A stretch of 64,000 bases of DNA from an uncultured Gammaproteobacteria bacterium (GTDB taxonomy: Bacteria; Patescibacteriota; Microgenomatia; Levybacterales; GWA1-39-11), in contig CAZXND010000002.1 of assembly GCA_964641355.1 (NCBI GenBank), positions 70,615-134,614 on the forward strand, written 5' to 3'. Below are positions 17,925-27,980 of this stretch, in pieces. How positions within the stretch are numbered: position 1 is the first letter of the stretch; each line of letters opens with the position of its first letter. The position numbers and the translations under genes were made by a program. Under the pieces are notes generated by a model that saw only the letters and a list, made by a program, of their open reading frames with translations, ran no database searches and was not told the DNA's origin.

Positions 17925-18998
17925 TTAGGTAATATTCTCGTGTTCAGTACCGCTTAAGTTTTCTACGAGTTTTTTAATCTTTGGAACAGAATTCTTGGGA
18001 CAAACCAAAATTACATCTTCTGTATTAATTATTATTGACTCATTAAGATCGATTCCAACAATTAATTGATTCGTGAAATTGAAAACCAGGGAGTCTCGAG
18101 AGTCTTCAATAAGTACTTTCCCTTTAGTTACATTCTCATCGGCTGTATTACTCAATGCTTCTTTAAGCGCTTCCCATGCGCCTATATCGCTCCATCCAAT
18201 ATCAACAGCTATGACTGATATGTTATCAGGGGTAAATTTCTCAAGAATAGCATCGTCGAAACTTATTTTTTCTAGGGCTGGGTAAACAGCATCAAGAGTC
18301 TCTTCAAAGTTATCTGCATTAACAATTGATTGTAGATCTTGATGCATTTGCGGAGCAAATTTTTCAAACTTATCAAGTAGGTAAGAGGGTGTAGTTACAA
18401 AATAACCTAAGTTCCAGACATAATGCTCATCGCCAAAGAAATCTTCTGCTTGGGAAAGCTTGGGACGATACTTCAACTTTTTAAATTTAAAAAGAGTCAT
18501 TCCATTTTCATCTCTAAGCTTATCACCACATTCAATCCAACCCACGTTTTGATTTGCAAATCTTGGTTTTTGACCAATAAAAACAAAGTCCGATTCGCCA
18601 TTCTTAATTGATTTTTCAGCAGCAAGAAGAACATTCTGAAACGTTTCAACATTTCTAACCATATGATCACTCCAAATAATTGCCATGGGCTCATTTGGAC
18701 TTCTTTTTGCAAGAATCGAAGTCGCAAGTCCAATCGCAGGTCCAACGTCTCTCATTTCTGGTTCAAAAATGAAATTTTCTTGAGGAATTTCTGGGAGTTG
18801 CTCAGCAACAATATCTTTATACCTTTTCCCTGTTGCCACATAAATATCAGAGGGAGAAAAAGCACCTTTAAGCCTATCTACTGCTTCCTGTAGAGTGGAC
18901 TTATCTCCAATTATCTTTCCGAATTGTTTCGGAGTATTTTTTCTTGATAACGGCCAGAGACGTGTACCAACTCCGCCGGCAAAAATAACTACTTTCAT
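17925..18998 (-). CDS. Sugar-1-phosphate nucleotidylyltransferase, mannose-1-phosphate guanylyltransferase (ManC)-like. Could alternatively be the heptose-1-P guanylyltransferase HddC.
   Basis: 357 aa. MKVVIFAGGVGTRLWPLSRKNTPKQF is the GxGxRL nucleotidyltransferase motif as in ManC/GMP. No C-terminal PMI domain. Confidence 0.7.
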   Translation of the reverse strand: MKVVIFAGGVGTRLWPLSRKNTPKQFGKIIGDKSTLQEAVDRLKGAFSPSDIYVATGKRYKDIVAEQLPEIPQENFIFEPEMRDVGPAIGLATSILAKRSPNEPMAIIWSDHMVRNVETFQNVLLAAEKSIKNGESDFVFIGQKPRFANQNVGWIECGDKLRDENGMTLFKFKKLKYRPKLSQAEDFFGDEHYVWNLGYFVTTPSYLLDKFEKFAPQMHQDLQSIVNADNFEETLDAVYPALEKISFDDAILEKFTPDNISVIAVDIGWSDIGAWEALKEALSNTADENVTKGKVLIEDSRDSLVFNFTNQLIVGIDLNESIIINTEDVILVCPKNSVPKIKKLVENLSGTEHENIT

Positions 18999-19067
18999 AC
19001 GTTTTCTTTCAAAATAAATACTTTAAAACTTTATAAAATAATAACAGTTTTGAATATTTTCTAAAAC

Positions 19068-20147
19068 TTATAATTCTTCTCCAATTACTTTGAGTAATTT
19101 TTTTTTGAATGACTCAAAAGAAAATCTTTCAGAATTTGTTATCGATTCCTGACTATTATATCGCCTGTGATCAAATTTTTCCAATTTTGATATTAATGAT
19201 AGTACATCCTGTTTCCTAAAAAACTCTCCTGTTACTCCCTCTTTCACTATTTCAAGCGCTCCACCTGCCTTATATGCAATCACCGGAGTACCGAAATATT
19301 GAGACTCGGCTATCGCAAGTCCAAAGTCTTCTTCTCCTGGAAAAATAAGAGCTTTGCTTCTTCGATATAACTCTGAAAGAGACTCATCGCTTACAGCACC
19401 TAAAAACTCTATGTTTTTTTTTGCTTTTGATTTAAAATAGTCAACATCTCTACCACTTCCCACAACTTTAAGTTTATAACCTAGTTTATTGAATGCTTCA
19501 ATCGCCAATTCAACCTTTTTGTACGGGGTTAGCCTCGAGAGCCGAGAAACCAACAAAAAATAATCACCCTTTGTGGTAGGGGAACTTTTTTTTCTATCTA
19601 TGGTAAGTGGAGGATATATAACTTCTGAATCTCTCCCATAATATTTTTTAACCCTCTTCTTCACCTCATTTGAGATTGAAATGATTTTATCTGGACGTGA
19701 AGAAGCAACTCTGTCCCATTCACGAAGATATGAAACAAGAGGGTAAGAAGAATAAGCAAGTAAATTGTTTGAAAAATATTCTTTATATCCGCTCCACAAA
19801 TAACGTGTAGGAGTAAGACAGTAACAAATATGTTTCGTTGAAGGTTTTGTAATTATTCCTTTTGCATACTCACTTGTAACCGAAATTACAAGGTCATATT
19901 CTGAAAAGTCTAACGACTCAAAAGCAAGAGGCATAAGCGGAGCAAAGAATTCATGTTTTCCAGGTGCACCAGGAATTCTTTGTAAAAAAGATGTCTTTAC
20001 GTTAAATACGTTTGCCCAAGGTGCACTTTTCTTATTGTAAACAGAAGTAAAAAGTGGCGCTTCGGGAAAAATTTTATGGAGAGCCAAAAGGACTCTCTCC
20101 GCTCCCCCCCATTTGTTCACTCGATCGTAAACTAGTGCTACTTTCAT
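19068..20147 (-). CDS. Glycosyltransferase family 4 (GT-B, retaining)
   Basis: 359 aa. N-terminus MKVALVYDRVNKWGGAERV. C-terminal EX7E-type motif GEEDFGLAIAESQYFGTPVIAYKAGGALEIV. Confidence 0.8.
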   Translation of the reverse strand: MKVALVYDRVNKWGGAERVLLALHKIFPEAPLFTSVYNKKSAPWANVFNVKTSFLQRIPGAPGKHEFFAPLMPLAFESLDFSEYDLVISVTSEYAKGIITKPSTKHICYCLTPTRYLWSGYKEYFSNNLLAYSSYPLVSYLREWDRVASSRPDKIISISNEVKKRVKKYYGRDSEVIYPPLTIDRKKSSPTTKGDYFLLVSRLSRLTPYKKVELAIEAFNKLGYKLKVVGSGRDVDYFKSKAKKNIEFLGAVSDESLSELYRRSKALIFPGEEDFGLAIAESQYFGTPVIAYKAGGALEIVKEGVTGEFFRKQDVLSLISKLEKFDHRRYNSQESITNSERFSFESFKKKLLKVIGEEL

Positions 20148-21246
20148 AGATTTCTAAAGTCTGCTGAGCCATTTTTCTCCATGAATAAGACTTGGCCAAA
20201 ATTTTGCCTAATTGTATATGATTTCTTATTTCAATACTAGAGAGTTCCAAAACTTTTTCCATCGCATTCCTCACACTAAGCTCATCGTGAGGATCAAAAT
20301 AAACGAGGGGAATATCACGACATATTTCTCTGAATGTCGGAATATCAGATAAGATAATTGGCGCTCCACTACCCATCGCCTCAAGTGCTGGAAGCGCAAA
20401 GCCTTCAGATAAAGATGGAGAAATGAAAGCAATACACTTTTTATACAATATTGATAACTCTTCATCACTAACATCCTTTGCAAAAACCAAAGAAGAACTA
20501 AGAGCTTTTGCAACAGGAGACTCTTCAAGACGTGAATAGAAAAAATCTTTTTTTCCCGCTAAAACTAATTTTACGCTCGGATTTTGAGACGATAATCTTA
20601 AAAAAGAATTAATTAAACATTCTAAATTTTTATGTGGATATGCGTTGCCTACATATAGAAAATACTTTTTAGATTCGATTCCTAATTCACTTAGAACCTC
20701 TGTATTACTTCCTTTAAGCAAGGTTACGCCTTCTTTAATAACATGAATCTTTTTCTGATCCACTTTATTTAATTTCAAAACCTCGTCTTTAACTGAGTTT
20801 GAGGGGACTATTACGGCAGTCGAGTTTTTCAACGCTTTTGAAATTACATATTTATAAGCAAATTTTTTTGCTATGAAAAAAGGGAATGGAAGAGTTGAAG
20901 CCTGACCAGTATAGCTTGAGTAGATTATCAAATCATGCATGGTAACAATAAATGGACGCTGATATTTTATGGGCACTGAGAAATATGGAAAGTGTACAAG
21001 GTCAAGACTTTCCTTCTCAATTATTCCTGGGAGAAGTCTCTGCTCATCAATCGAATGCCAACGAATATTAGCTTCTACTGTTTTCCATTTAAAAAAATTA
21101 GCTCTGAGATAATCTACGTCTTTTTTTAGGGCGAATAAAATATAGTCATTCTGGTCATCAACATCATAAAGATTTTCGACAAGATTTCGAATATATCTAC
21201 CAACTCCAGTTTCTCTCCAAAGTCTAACATCTATACCCAAGCGCAT
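20074..21246 (-). CDS. Glycosyltransferase family 4
   Basis: 390 aa. C-terminal SLSEGFALPALEAMGSGAPIILSDIP donor-binding motif. Its 3' end overlaps the next GT4 gene by 74 nt. Confidence 0.8.
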   Translation of the reverse strand: MRLGIDVRLWRETGVGRYIRNLVENLYDVDDQNDYILFALKKDVDYLRANFFKWKTVEANIRWHSIDEQRLLPGIIEKESLDLVHFPYFSVPIKYQRPFIVTMHDLIIYSSYTGQASTLPFPFFIAKKFAYKYVISKALKNSTAVIVPSNSVKDEVLKLNKVDQKKIHVIKEGVTLLKGSNTEVLSELGIESKKYFLYVGNAYPHKNLECLINSFLRLSSQNPSVKLVLAGKKDFFYSRLEESPVAKALSSSLVFAKDVSDEELSILYKKCIAFISPSLSEGFALPALEAMGSGAPIILSDIPTFREICRDIPLVYFDPHDELSVRNAMEKVLELSSIEIRNHIQLGKILAKSYSWRKMAQQTLEIYESSTSLRSSEQMGGSGESPFGSP

Positions 21247-21247
21247 A

Positions 21248-22180
21248 TTAATTTCTCATTCTTTCTATCTTATATTTAAGATCAATCCCAAATAAAACCA
21301 ACCAATTAATTAAACTCGGATATTTATCCTTATAGTGCTTATTATAAAAAACTCTCATTGCTGAAAATCTTGCCTCCATAGCTTTCTTCCTTGTCTCTTC
21401 TGTCGCATTTGTTATATGTTTTGATACGTCTTTTATCCCTCCAGACACTCCTTTATAGTGTAAAATTTTGAAATCCGGAACAAAAAAGATTTTCCAACCA
21501 CTTTCTTTCAATCTATAACAAAAGTCTATGTCATCACCGTACCAAAAAAAATCTTCATCCCACCATCCAACCTCTTCACCAGCTGTTCTTCTTACCATCA
21601 TGAATGCGCCTGCTAGTGAATCTATTTCATGAATTTCGTTTAAGCTTAAAAATGAGAAACTATAACCAGAGAATATCTTGACTTTAGGAAATACTCTTTC
21701 AAGACCAGAGAAGTGAGAAAACGCTCGCCAAGGAGTAGGAAATCCTCGATGAGATGCGTCATCAATCATTCCGTTAGGAAGCTCAATATAACAAGTAGAT
21801 GCGCCTGCTTTTTCATTACTTTCCATAAAACTAACCACTCCATTAATCGCATCTTCATAAACAACCGTGTCAGAATTAAGAAATAAAACATATTTACCTT
21901 TTGATTTTAATACTCCAATATTATTAGCTTTAGAAAACCCATAATTTTCTGCATTTTTTATAATGGTCAAACCGATTTCTTTACTTTTCTTTGCAAACTC
22001 CTCAAGAGCTTCTACGCTTCCATCCGATGAATTGTTGTCAACAACAATTATTTCAGCTTTTATTTTCTTAACTGTTTCACAAATAGACTTAAGACAATTT
22101 ATCGTAAAGTCCTTAGTATTAAATGAAACGATAATAATAGATAGATCCAAAGTATTTAACCTCCTTAGATTTCCTTCCAC
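21248..22180 (-). CDS. Glycosyltransferase family 2
   Basis: 310 aa. LSIIIVSFNTKDFTINCLKSI...VVDNNSSDGS. GT-A fold with DxD. Confidence 0.8.
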   Translation of the reverse strand: MEGNLRRLNTLDLSIIIVSFNTKDFTINCLKSICETVKKIKAEIIVVDNNSSDGSVEALEEFAKKSKEIGLTIIKNAENYGFSKANNIGVLKSKGKYVLFLNSDTVVYEDAINGVVSFMESNEKAGASTCYIELPNGMIDDASHRGFPTPWRAFSHFSGLERVFPKVKIFSGYSFSFLSLNEIHEIDSLAGAFMMVRRTAGEEVGWWDEDFFWYGDDIDFCYRLKESGWKIFFVPDFKILHYKGVSGGIKDVSKHITNATEETRKKAMEARFSAMRVFYNKHYKDKYPSLINWLVLFGIDLKYKIERMRN

Positions 22181-23346
22181 ACCTTATTCATTTTTAAACC
22201 AATTTTTTCCCACGAATAATTTTCCTCAACAACTTTTCTTGCATTTTTAGTAATTCTATTACCAAGATCTTTACTGTTAAATAACTCATTTATTTTTTCT
22301 CTGAATTCTCGCCCGCTGCGTGCTGCAAGAAAATCCCTTCCGTCTATGACGGAAAGACCTGCCAACCTTTCGGCAAAAGCTACGATCGGTACCCCCATTG
22401 CCATTGCTTCAATAACTTTAAAATTAGTACCACCGCCGTACCTCACGGGAAAAACAAATATCTCTGATCTTTCATATACTGTCCTTATGTCGTCAATAAA
22501 TTCAATTATATTTATTCGTGGATCATATGGGATTGAGAGCTTCCTAGAGTTTTTTCCTATAATAGTTAGTGTTACATCTCTATCACTTATTTTAGAAAAA
22601 ACATTATCATAAAAAAACTTCATTGCATCAACATTGGGAAAGTAGGAAAAATTACCAACAAAGAGAAGATTTTTTCCAGTATACTCTTCGTTATTCTGTT
22701 TTAAAGGGAAATTATTAACATCGATTCCATTTTCGATAACATAACACGACTTATTCCTTTTATAAATGTAATCAGCCTCTTCGTTGGTCACTGCAATACA
22801 TGTGTCAGCTAATTTTATAAATTTTTCCTCTTCTGTTTTTATTGTCTTTGCTTGTTTAGCATAAAAAAATCTAGAAACAAAAGATGAAGCATTTCTGGAA
22901 TAGTCCTCGTACAATTTGTATTCTATGTTTTCTGTACCAAAAATTTGTTTAACAGAAAGCTCTTTTATTTTTTTAGATATATAAAAACCTGTATAAAAAG
23001 ACTCAAAGTGTACTACGTCTATTTTATCTCTTTTTATTTTTTCAATAATTTCTTTCTCTATCTCATCTTCATAATAAAGGTGCTTAAAGATTGAACTTGA
23101 TGGACTAAATGAAGAAACAAAACTTTTTGGACTTTTTGCTCTTTTCCTCTTAAAAGTTAGCACATCTTTTACTCCAATCTCTTTCATTTTTTCATGATCC
23201 TCTTTTCTAAATCCCTCGCGAGTAAAAGAAACTAAATGAATTTCCAAATCCTTTCCCCCAAATTTTATTAAGTTGTAAGCTCTATTTTTTCCTCCTGAGT
23301 TAGTAGGGTATGGAAAATCATAAGTTATAAAAAGAATTTTTTTCAT
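22165..23346 (-). CDS. Glycosyltransferase family 4
   Basis: 393 aa. MKKILFITYDFPYPTNSGGKNRAYNL N-terminus. C-terminal GGGTNFKVIEAMAMGVPIV. Confidence 0.75.
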   Translation of the reverse strand: MKKILFITYDFPYPTNSGGKNRAYNLIKFGGKDLEIHLVSFTREGFRKEDHEKMKEIGVKDVLTFKRKRAKSPKSFVSSFSPSSSIFKHLYYEDEIEKEIIEKIKRDKIDVVHFESFYTGFYISKKIKELSVKQIFGTENIEYKLYEDYSRNASSFVSRFFYAKQAKTIKTEEEKFIKLADTCIAVTNEEADYIYKRNKSCYVIENGIDVNNFPLKQNNEEYTGKNLLFVGNFSYFPNVDAMKFFYDNVFSKISDRDVTLTIIGKNSRKLSIPYDPRINIIEFIDDIRTVYERSEIFVFPVRYGGGTNFKVIEAMAMGVPIVAFAERLAGLSVIDGRDFLAARSGREFREKINELFNSKDLGNRITKNARKVVEENYSWEKIGLKMNKVWKEI

Positions 23347-24782
23347 TTTAATTTAAGTATTAAGTATGAAGAAGATGAAGCAACAGATTCGTACATAGTC
23401 CCGAAACCACTAAAATCATTTGGCGTAGGATTAGCAATTACAAGATAGGAAGCTCCCATTTTTATCATCTCATCTATTGACTTCTCAAAGGCTGCCCAAC
23501 CTCTTCTATTTGTTTGATAAAGGAATGTCGTGTCACCATCGTAAGGGGCGATAACCAAAGCATCTTTCGGCAAAATTTTATCAGCTTCTTTTCCAGCTTC
23601 GATTATTCCCCAATTATTTATATTGAAATAATCTCTTACTTGAAACCATGAAAAAGAAAACATAAAAACAGAAACAGTGAAAATGATTACATATGAGATA
23701 TATTTATTAACCCCACGTGCATTAGATATAAAGTAGTAAACACCACGAGACAAAAATATTGCGATAGTTGGAATTATAAGTATCTGATAATAATCATGTT
23801 GAACATTTCCCCTGGCAATTATAGTTAGATATAAAAGAGATGATACAAGAAATGAAATGAAGAAAAAGTAAGACTTTTCTGTTTCTCTTTTAATAACTCC
23901 GACAATTAAAAATACCACTCCAAAATATCCTAGTATTAATTTAGAAATTCTCTCAGCAAAAATCCAGTAAAAGAAAGCACCCTTAAAACGAATATTACCA
24001 CCGTTAAAAAGCCAATTAGATACCGGTACTCCCTCTGGAAATTGTTGCATCCAATTTCTCCATAAAAGGAGTGGAGTGACTGTTATAAATAGAAAAACCC
24101 ATAACTGCCATTTTTTAATAAAAGAATATCCAAAGCGAGATATTGTTAAATAGATAATTGGTAAAGTAAAAATTAAAGCATAAGGCTTAGCAAGAAATGC
24201 TCCCGAGGTAAACAAGATCGACAAAATGAAATAAATCCATTGATTACTTTTTTTCTCTTTATACCCCTCACTCCATAAGTCAAAAAATAATATTCCTCCG
24301 AGAATAAATGTCACCATTAGCTCATCTGGTAAAATAGCTCGACTATAATAAATAGAAAATGGCAAGAATGCGAAGAAAAAAGAAGATAAAAGTGCTTCAG
24401 CTATTGTTGAATGCTTCTTAACGATAAAAAAGATAAAGACGATTGATAGAATCGATTCAAAAATAATAACAAGCCTCCCCCATTCTTCAAGAGTAATAAT
24501 TCCAAAAGTTTTATATAAGAATGCTTGCTTTATGTTAAGGAGAGGAAATTCAACAAATCGCAAACCTTGGGGATTGTCAATACCAGATGGAACATTTGAT
24601 AGATCGTCAAACTTTGGATGAAGGACATCATAACCATTTTTTACAAAATTTCTTGAAACTGCAGACGTATCTACCTGTCTCCATGAATGCCAATCGGCAA
24701 TAGGATTATCGAATCTGTAGAGACGAACAAAAAACCCTAAAATAAGAATAGCGAGAAGGACAAGCCAATAAATTCTCCTCAT
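23343..24782 (-). CDS. Polytopic membrane protein, GT-C fold glycosyltransferase (ArnT/PMT-like)
   Basis: 479 aa with about 12 TM segments. N-terminal loop FDNPIADWHSWRQVDTS. Translationally coupled to the flanking GT4 and the large ligase-like gene. Confidence 0.5.
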   Translation of the reverse strand: MRRIYWLVLLAILILGFFVRLYRFDNPIADWHSWRQVDTSAVSRNFVKNGYDVLHPKFDDLSNVPSGIDNPQGLRFVEFPLLNIKQAFLYKTFGIITLEEWGRLVIIFESILSIVFIFFIVKKHSTIAEALLSSFFFAFLPFSIYYSRAILPDELMVTFILGGILFFDLWSEGYKEKKSNQWIYFILSILFTSGAFLAKPYALIFTLPIIYLTISRFGYSFIKKWQLWVFLFITVTPLLLWRNWMQQFPEGVPVSNWLFNGGNIRFKGAFFYWIFAERISKLILGYFGVVFLIVGVIKRETEKSYFFFISFLVSSLLYLTIIARGNVQHDYYQILIIPTIAIFLSRGVYYFISNARGVNKYISYVIIFTVSVFMFSFSWFQVRDYFNINNWGIIEAGKEADKILPKDALVIAPYDGDTTFLYQTNRRGWAAFEKSIDEMIKMGASYLVIANPTPNDFSGFGTMYESVASSSSYLILKLK

Positions 24783-24827
24783 GAAATCATTTTAACACTA
24801 GAAGCCCCAATACCAAAGCCACTGACC

Positions 24828-27800
24828 CTAAGGAAGATCCTTATTATCAGTCACCACAGAGACATCCGCATCACTATTAAACTTAAAAACTTTAACGTTC
24901 TGTGAAGTCTGAGACTCTCTAACTGCTCCCTCCAATATTAATCTATTGTCTGTAACGTGAACATCAACACGTGCACCTTTAAAGGTGAACCAAACGGCAT
25001 CAGGAAGACCAACTGGAAATACCCAAGCCTCGCCTTGTCTTATAGGAACACCTGTGAAATAAAATTGCATACTTTGATGTAAAAGTCTATCTGTATAAAT
25101 TTTGTTAAGTGAAACAAGAAGTTTTCTTGTTATTTCTCCGGCACCAAACCAATCTCTTTCTATCTTTTGCAATTGGAAAGTTTGTATCATAAGAAAAACT
25201 AGACTAAGTATAAAAATACTCAGAGCTGATAAGACTTTTCCATTTGAAACAAGATGATCATAAACCGATCTTAGCGATAGAATAAATACTATCACGATTC
25301 CAAATGATGCGAGATATACATATCTTGATGCAATATTTCCAAATCCAAGAAAAGGCAACAAAGATATAACAAAAAACGAGAATGCAAAAATAATCATCTT
25401 CTTTTCAGAGGTTTCTATTTTTTTGTTGAAAAATTTATAAACTGATACAAAAATACCTATTACCAACATCACCAAGACCACTGAAACAAAAATATTTTCT
25501 CTTAAAATACTTCTTAGGTTCATATAAACTGGGTTCACTTGAGGGCCTAAAATAGATATCATTGAATATCCAATTAAATTTCCTATGAAGTTGAATGGTA
25601 ATTTTATCAAGTTATAACTATAATCTCCTCCTGACCAATGACTGTTCGCAATTAACCTTAAAATGAAATAAAAAACTAAAGGAAGCGCTAACCAAATATA
25701 AATCCTTTCTTTAATTAATTTATTTATCGCCGATTTTCCTTCTTTAAAATAAATATAAATAAGAACTAATAATGGAGCGACAACCCCAAGCTCATGAAAC
25801 ATAAGACCAAGAACAATAGAAAGAACTGATAAACCTAAGTATAATTTTTTTCCTACATCAACAAATTTATCAAAAAGTAAAATACTTAAAATAGTAAAAA
25901 ATGAAGTAAATAAATATCCAGTTGAAGATATCCAAAGTACAGCCTCAGAACCACCGCTCAATATGATAAAGATAAAAGCAGAAGAAGCAGCCAAAAAATT
26001 GTTTTTGAATACCTTCCTTGCGAGTAAATATAAAAGAACGGCAACACCAAAATGAAGAAAAACAGACACAAAGTGATAAGCGTTTTGATTGAGCCAGAAT
26101 ATAGAATACATTATATAAAAATAAATTTTTGTTCCGGGTCTATAGAAGAAATTATTCGCTTCGGTGAAATTTTTCACAAAACCCTGAATACTTGTCGGGC
26201 AAAGATTTCCACAGTCTGCTGCCCACCTAAGCCATGTAAAATCATCACCTACGAAGTAATCAGAAGTCGAGGATACATAGAAAGCAATAGTTATAAAAAA
26301 TAAATATATAATTACTGCAAGAGGGGAAGTAACTGTAGAAATAAATTCTTTTTTCAGATCAATCTCACTTTCTTTGTAAAGATTCAATGTTCCAAGTACA
26401 ATTCCGACAAGAATCCAGAACGAAAATGCAACCTTAGATGCCTCAAAAACATCTATAAAAATAGCATTGAGAGCAAGGCCAAATGCTCCAGCAATAAATC
26501 CTATAACAAAACTCCTTGTAATATGAGATTCAACCTTGGGCAAAAGTTTGCGTATATAAATCCCTGCTACTATGAAAATGGATATAAAAGATAAAAGTCC
26601 TAAAATTCCTGTTTCTCCTAAAATTCTTAAATAGTCATTATCAACAGCCAAAGTCACAGACGAATACCCGCTTCCAAAAAGTATATTTCTCTGAAAAGCA
26701 AGGATTGTTTTTGGCCATTCACCTTGAAATCTAGTTGTAAATGAAAGATCGTAAGCAAGTGCCTTCTTAATTACGAAATCACCAAAAATCACCGTGACCT
26801 TTGCAGAGTCTGATCCATTAGCTAAATTTGTGCTTTGATAAAAATATTTATTTGTTCTTTCAGTTATAGGAGACAGAGGTAAATTTATATAACCCGTACC
26901 CTGTGGAAGGCTCTCACCTGTAGGAGAAACTTCTGCCTGAATAAGAGGAGCCGGATTAGGATAAAAAGTATCTGGGAAAAAAGCCGCAGGACTTGCCGTA
27001 ATTCTAGTATCATGCAATGAAGGAACATATGTATATATCATTTTATCGTTGAAGAAAGGTCTATCAACAAGCTGAGGATTCCCAATAGCTTTTCCCGAAT
27101 TAGTGTCTACGAGCACATCAATCTCTTTTACTGTATTTCCGAAACGAGATGTAAGACTTTGAGCAAAAGGTAAAGTTACAAGAATTAAAACAAAAAATGT
27201 AAGAATAATAAATTTCTTTTTTTGAAGGATTAAAACAAGAATAAAGGCTAAAAGAAGAACAAAAAATGATATTCGCGATACGGTCATAAAAAGCAAAACA
27301 AAACCTAAAAATAGGGATACAACTATTAACGCTTTCACAGAGAACTTTTTGAAACCAAAAAATAAACTTGCAAATATTGGCAATATTAGAACAAGGTATG
27401 CAGCCAGATCATAATGACCTGCAAAAGTTGATGGCACACGAGAAAGTTGAGAAAGTTGAATCGGGATACCTTTTGCAAATTCCTCATTCATTGTTAGATA
27501 AGCGGGAAATCCTAGGAATTTCTGACCAAATCCATAAAAAATAACCGATAGAAGAGTTACAAAAAGTGCCCAAATGGCATAAATCACATATTTCTTACTT
27601 GTTATACCTTGGTAGGCTATAAAGAACAAAGAGAGATATTCTAATCTTCTCAAAAAGTTTAAGAGAGCTACATTAGAGAATACGTTTGACAGTGTTGGAA
27701 AAATTAAAATAACACCATGAAAAGTTGCAAGTGCACCTATTATCCAAAAAACAAAAATGGTTAGAGTTAAGGGGGTTTTAAGAGTAACTTTTTTGGTAAG

Positions 27801-27980
27801 TACTAAAAAAGTCCAAAACAATAGCACGAGTGCGATAACTAAGTCCTCTAATCTGATGTAAACCCACGTATTTTTTATATCTAGAAGAGGAAGCTTTGGA
27901 TAAAGAGGGATAAAAACAAGAAGAGATATTGTTATTGGAAATAAAAGCTTTTTTGAAAAGAAGCTAGATAATTTTTTCAT
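24828..27980 (-). CDS. Giant two-module membrane protein: N-terminal O-antigen ligase/Wzy_C-like domain fused to a second polytopic GT-C-like membrane domain and a C-terminal soluble beta domain
   Basis: 1050 aa. The first roughly 540 aa have more than 10 TM segments with the typical O-antigen-ligase-like layout. Residues about 560-950 form another multi-TM block. The last about 100 aa are soluble. Confidence 0.5.
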   Translation of the reverse strand: MKKLSSFFSKKLLFPITISLLVFIPLYPKLPLLDIKNTWVYIRLEDLVIALVLLFWTFLVLTKKVTLKTPLTLTIFVFWIIGALATFHGVILIFPTLSNVFSNVALLNFLRRLEYLSLFFIAYQGITSKKYVIYAIWALFVTLLSVIFYGFGQKFLGFPAYLTMNEEFAKGIPIQLSQLSRVPSTFAGHYDLAAYLVLILPIFASLFFGFKKFSVKALIVVSLFLGFVLLFMTVSRISFFVLLLAFILVLILQKKKFIILTFFVLILVTLPFAQSLTSRFGNTVKEIDVLVDTNSGKAIGNPQLVDRPFFNDKMIYTYVPSLHDTRITASPAAFFPDTFYPNPAPLIQAEVSPTGESLPQGTGYINLPLSPITERTNKYFYQSTNLANGSDSAKVTVIFGDFVIKKALAYDLSFTTRFQGEWPKTILAFQRNILFGSGYSSVTLAVDNDYLRILGETGILGLLSFISIFIVAGIYIRKLLPKVESHITRSFVIGFIAGAFGLALNAIFIDVFEASKVAFSFWILVGIVLGTLNLYKESEIDLKKEFISTVTSPLAVIIYLFFITIAFYVSSTSDYFVGDDFTWLRWAADCGNLCPTSIQGFVKNFTEANNFFYRPGTKIYFYIMYSIFWLNQNAYHFVSVFLHFGVAVLLYLLARKVFKNNFLAASSAFIFIILSGGSEAVLWISSTGYLFTSFFTILSILLFDKFVDVGKKLYLGLSVLSIVLGLMFHELGVVAPLLVLIYIYFKEGKSAINKLIKERIYIWLALPLVFYFILRLIANSHWSGGDYSYNLIKLPFNFIGNLIGYSMISILGPQVNPVYMNLRSILRENIFVSVVLVMLVIGIFVSVYKFFNKKIETSEKKMIIFAFSFFVISLLPFLGFGNIASRYVYLASFGIVIVFILSLRSVYDHLVSNGKVLSALSIFILSLVFLMIQTFQLQKIERDWFGAGEITRKLLVSLNKIYTDRLLHQSMQFYFTGVPIRQGEAWVFPVGLPDAVWFTFKGARVDVHVTDNRLILEGAVRESQTSQNVKVFKFNSDADVSVVTDNKDLP

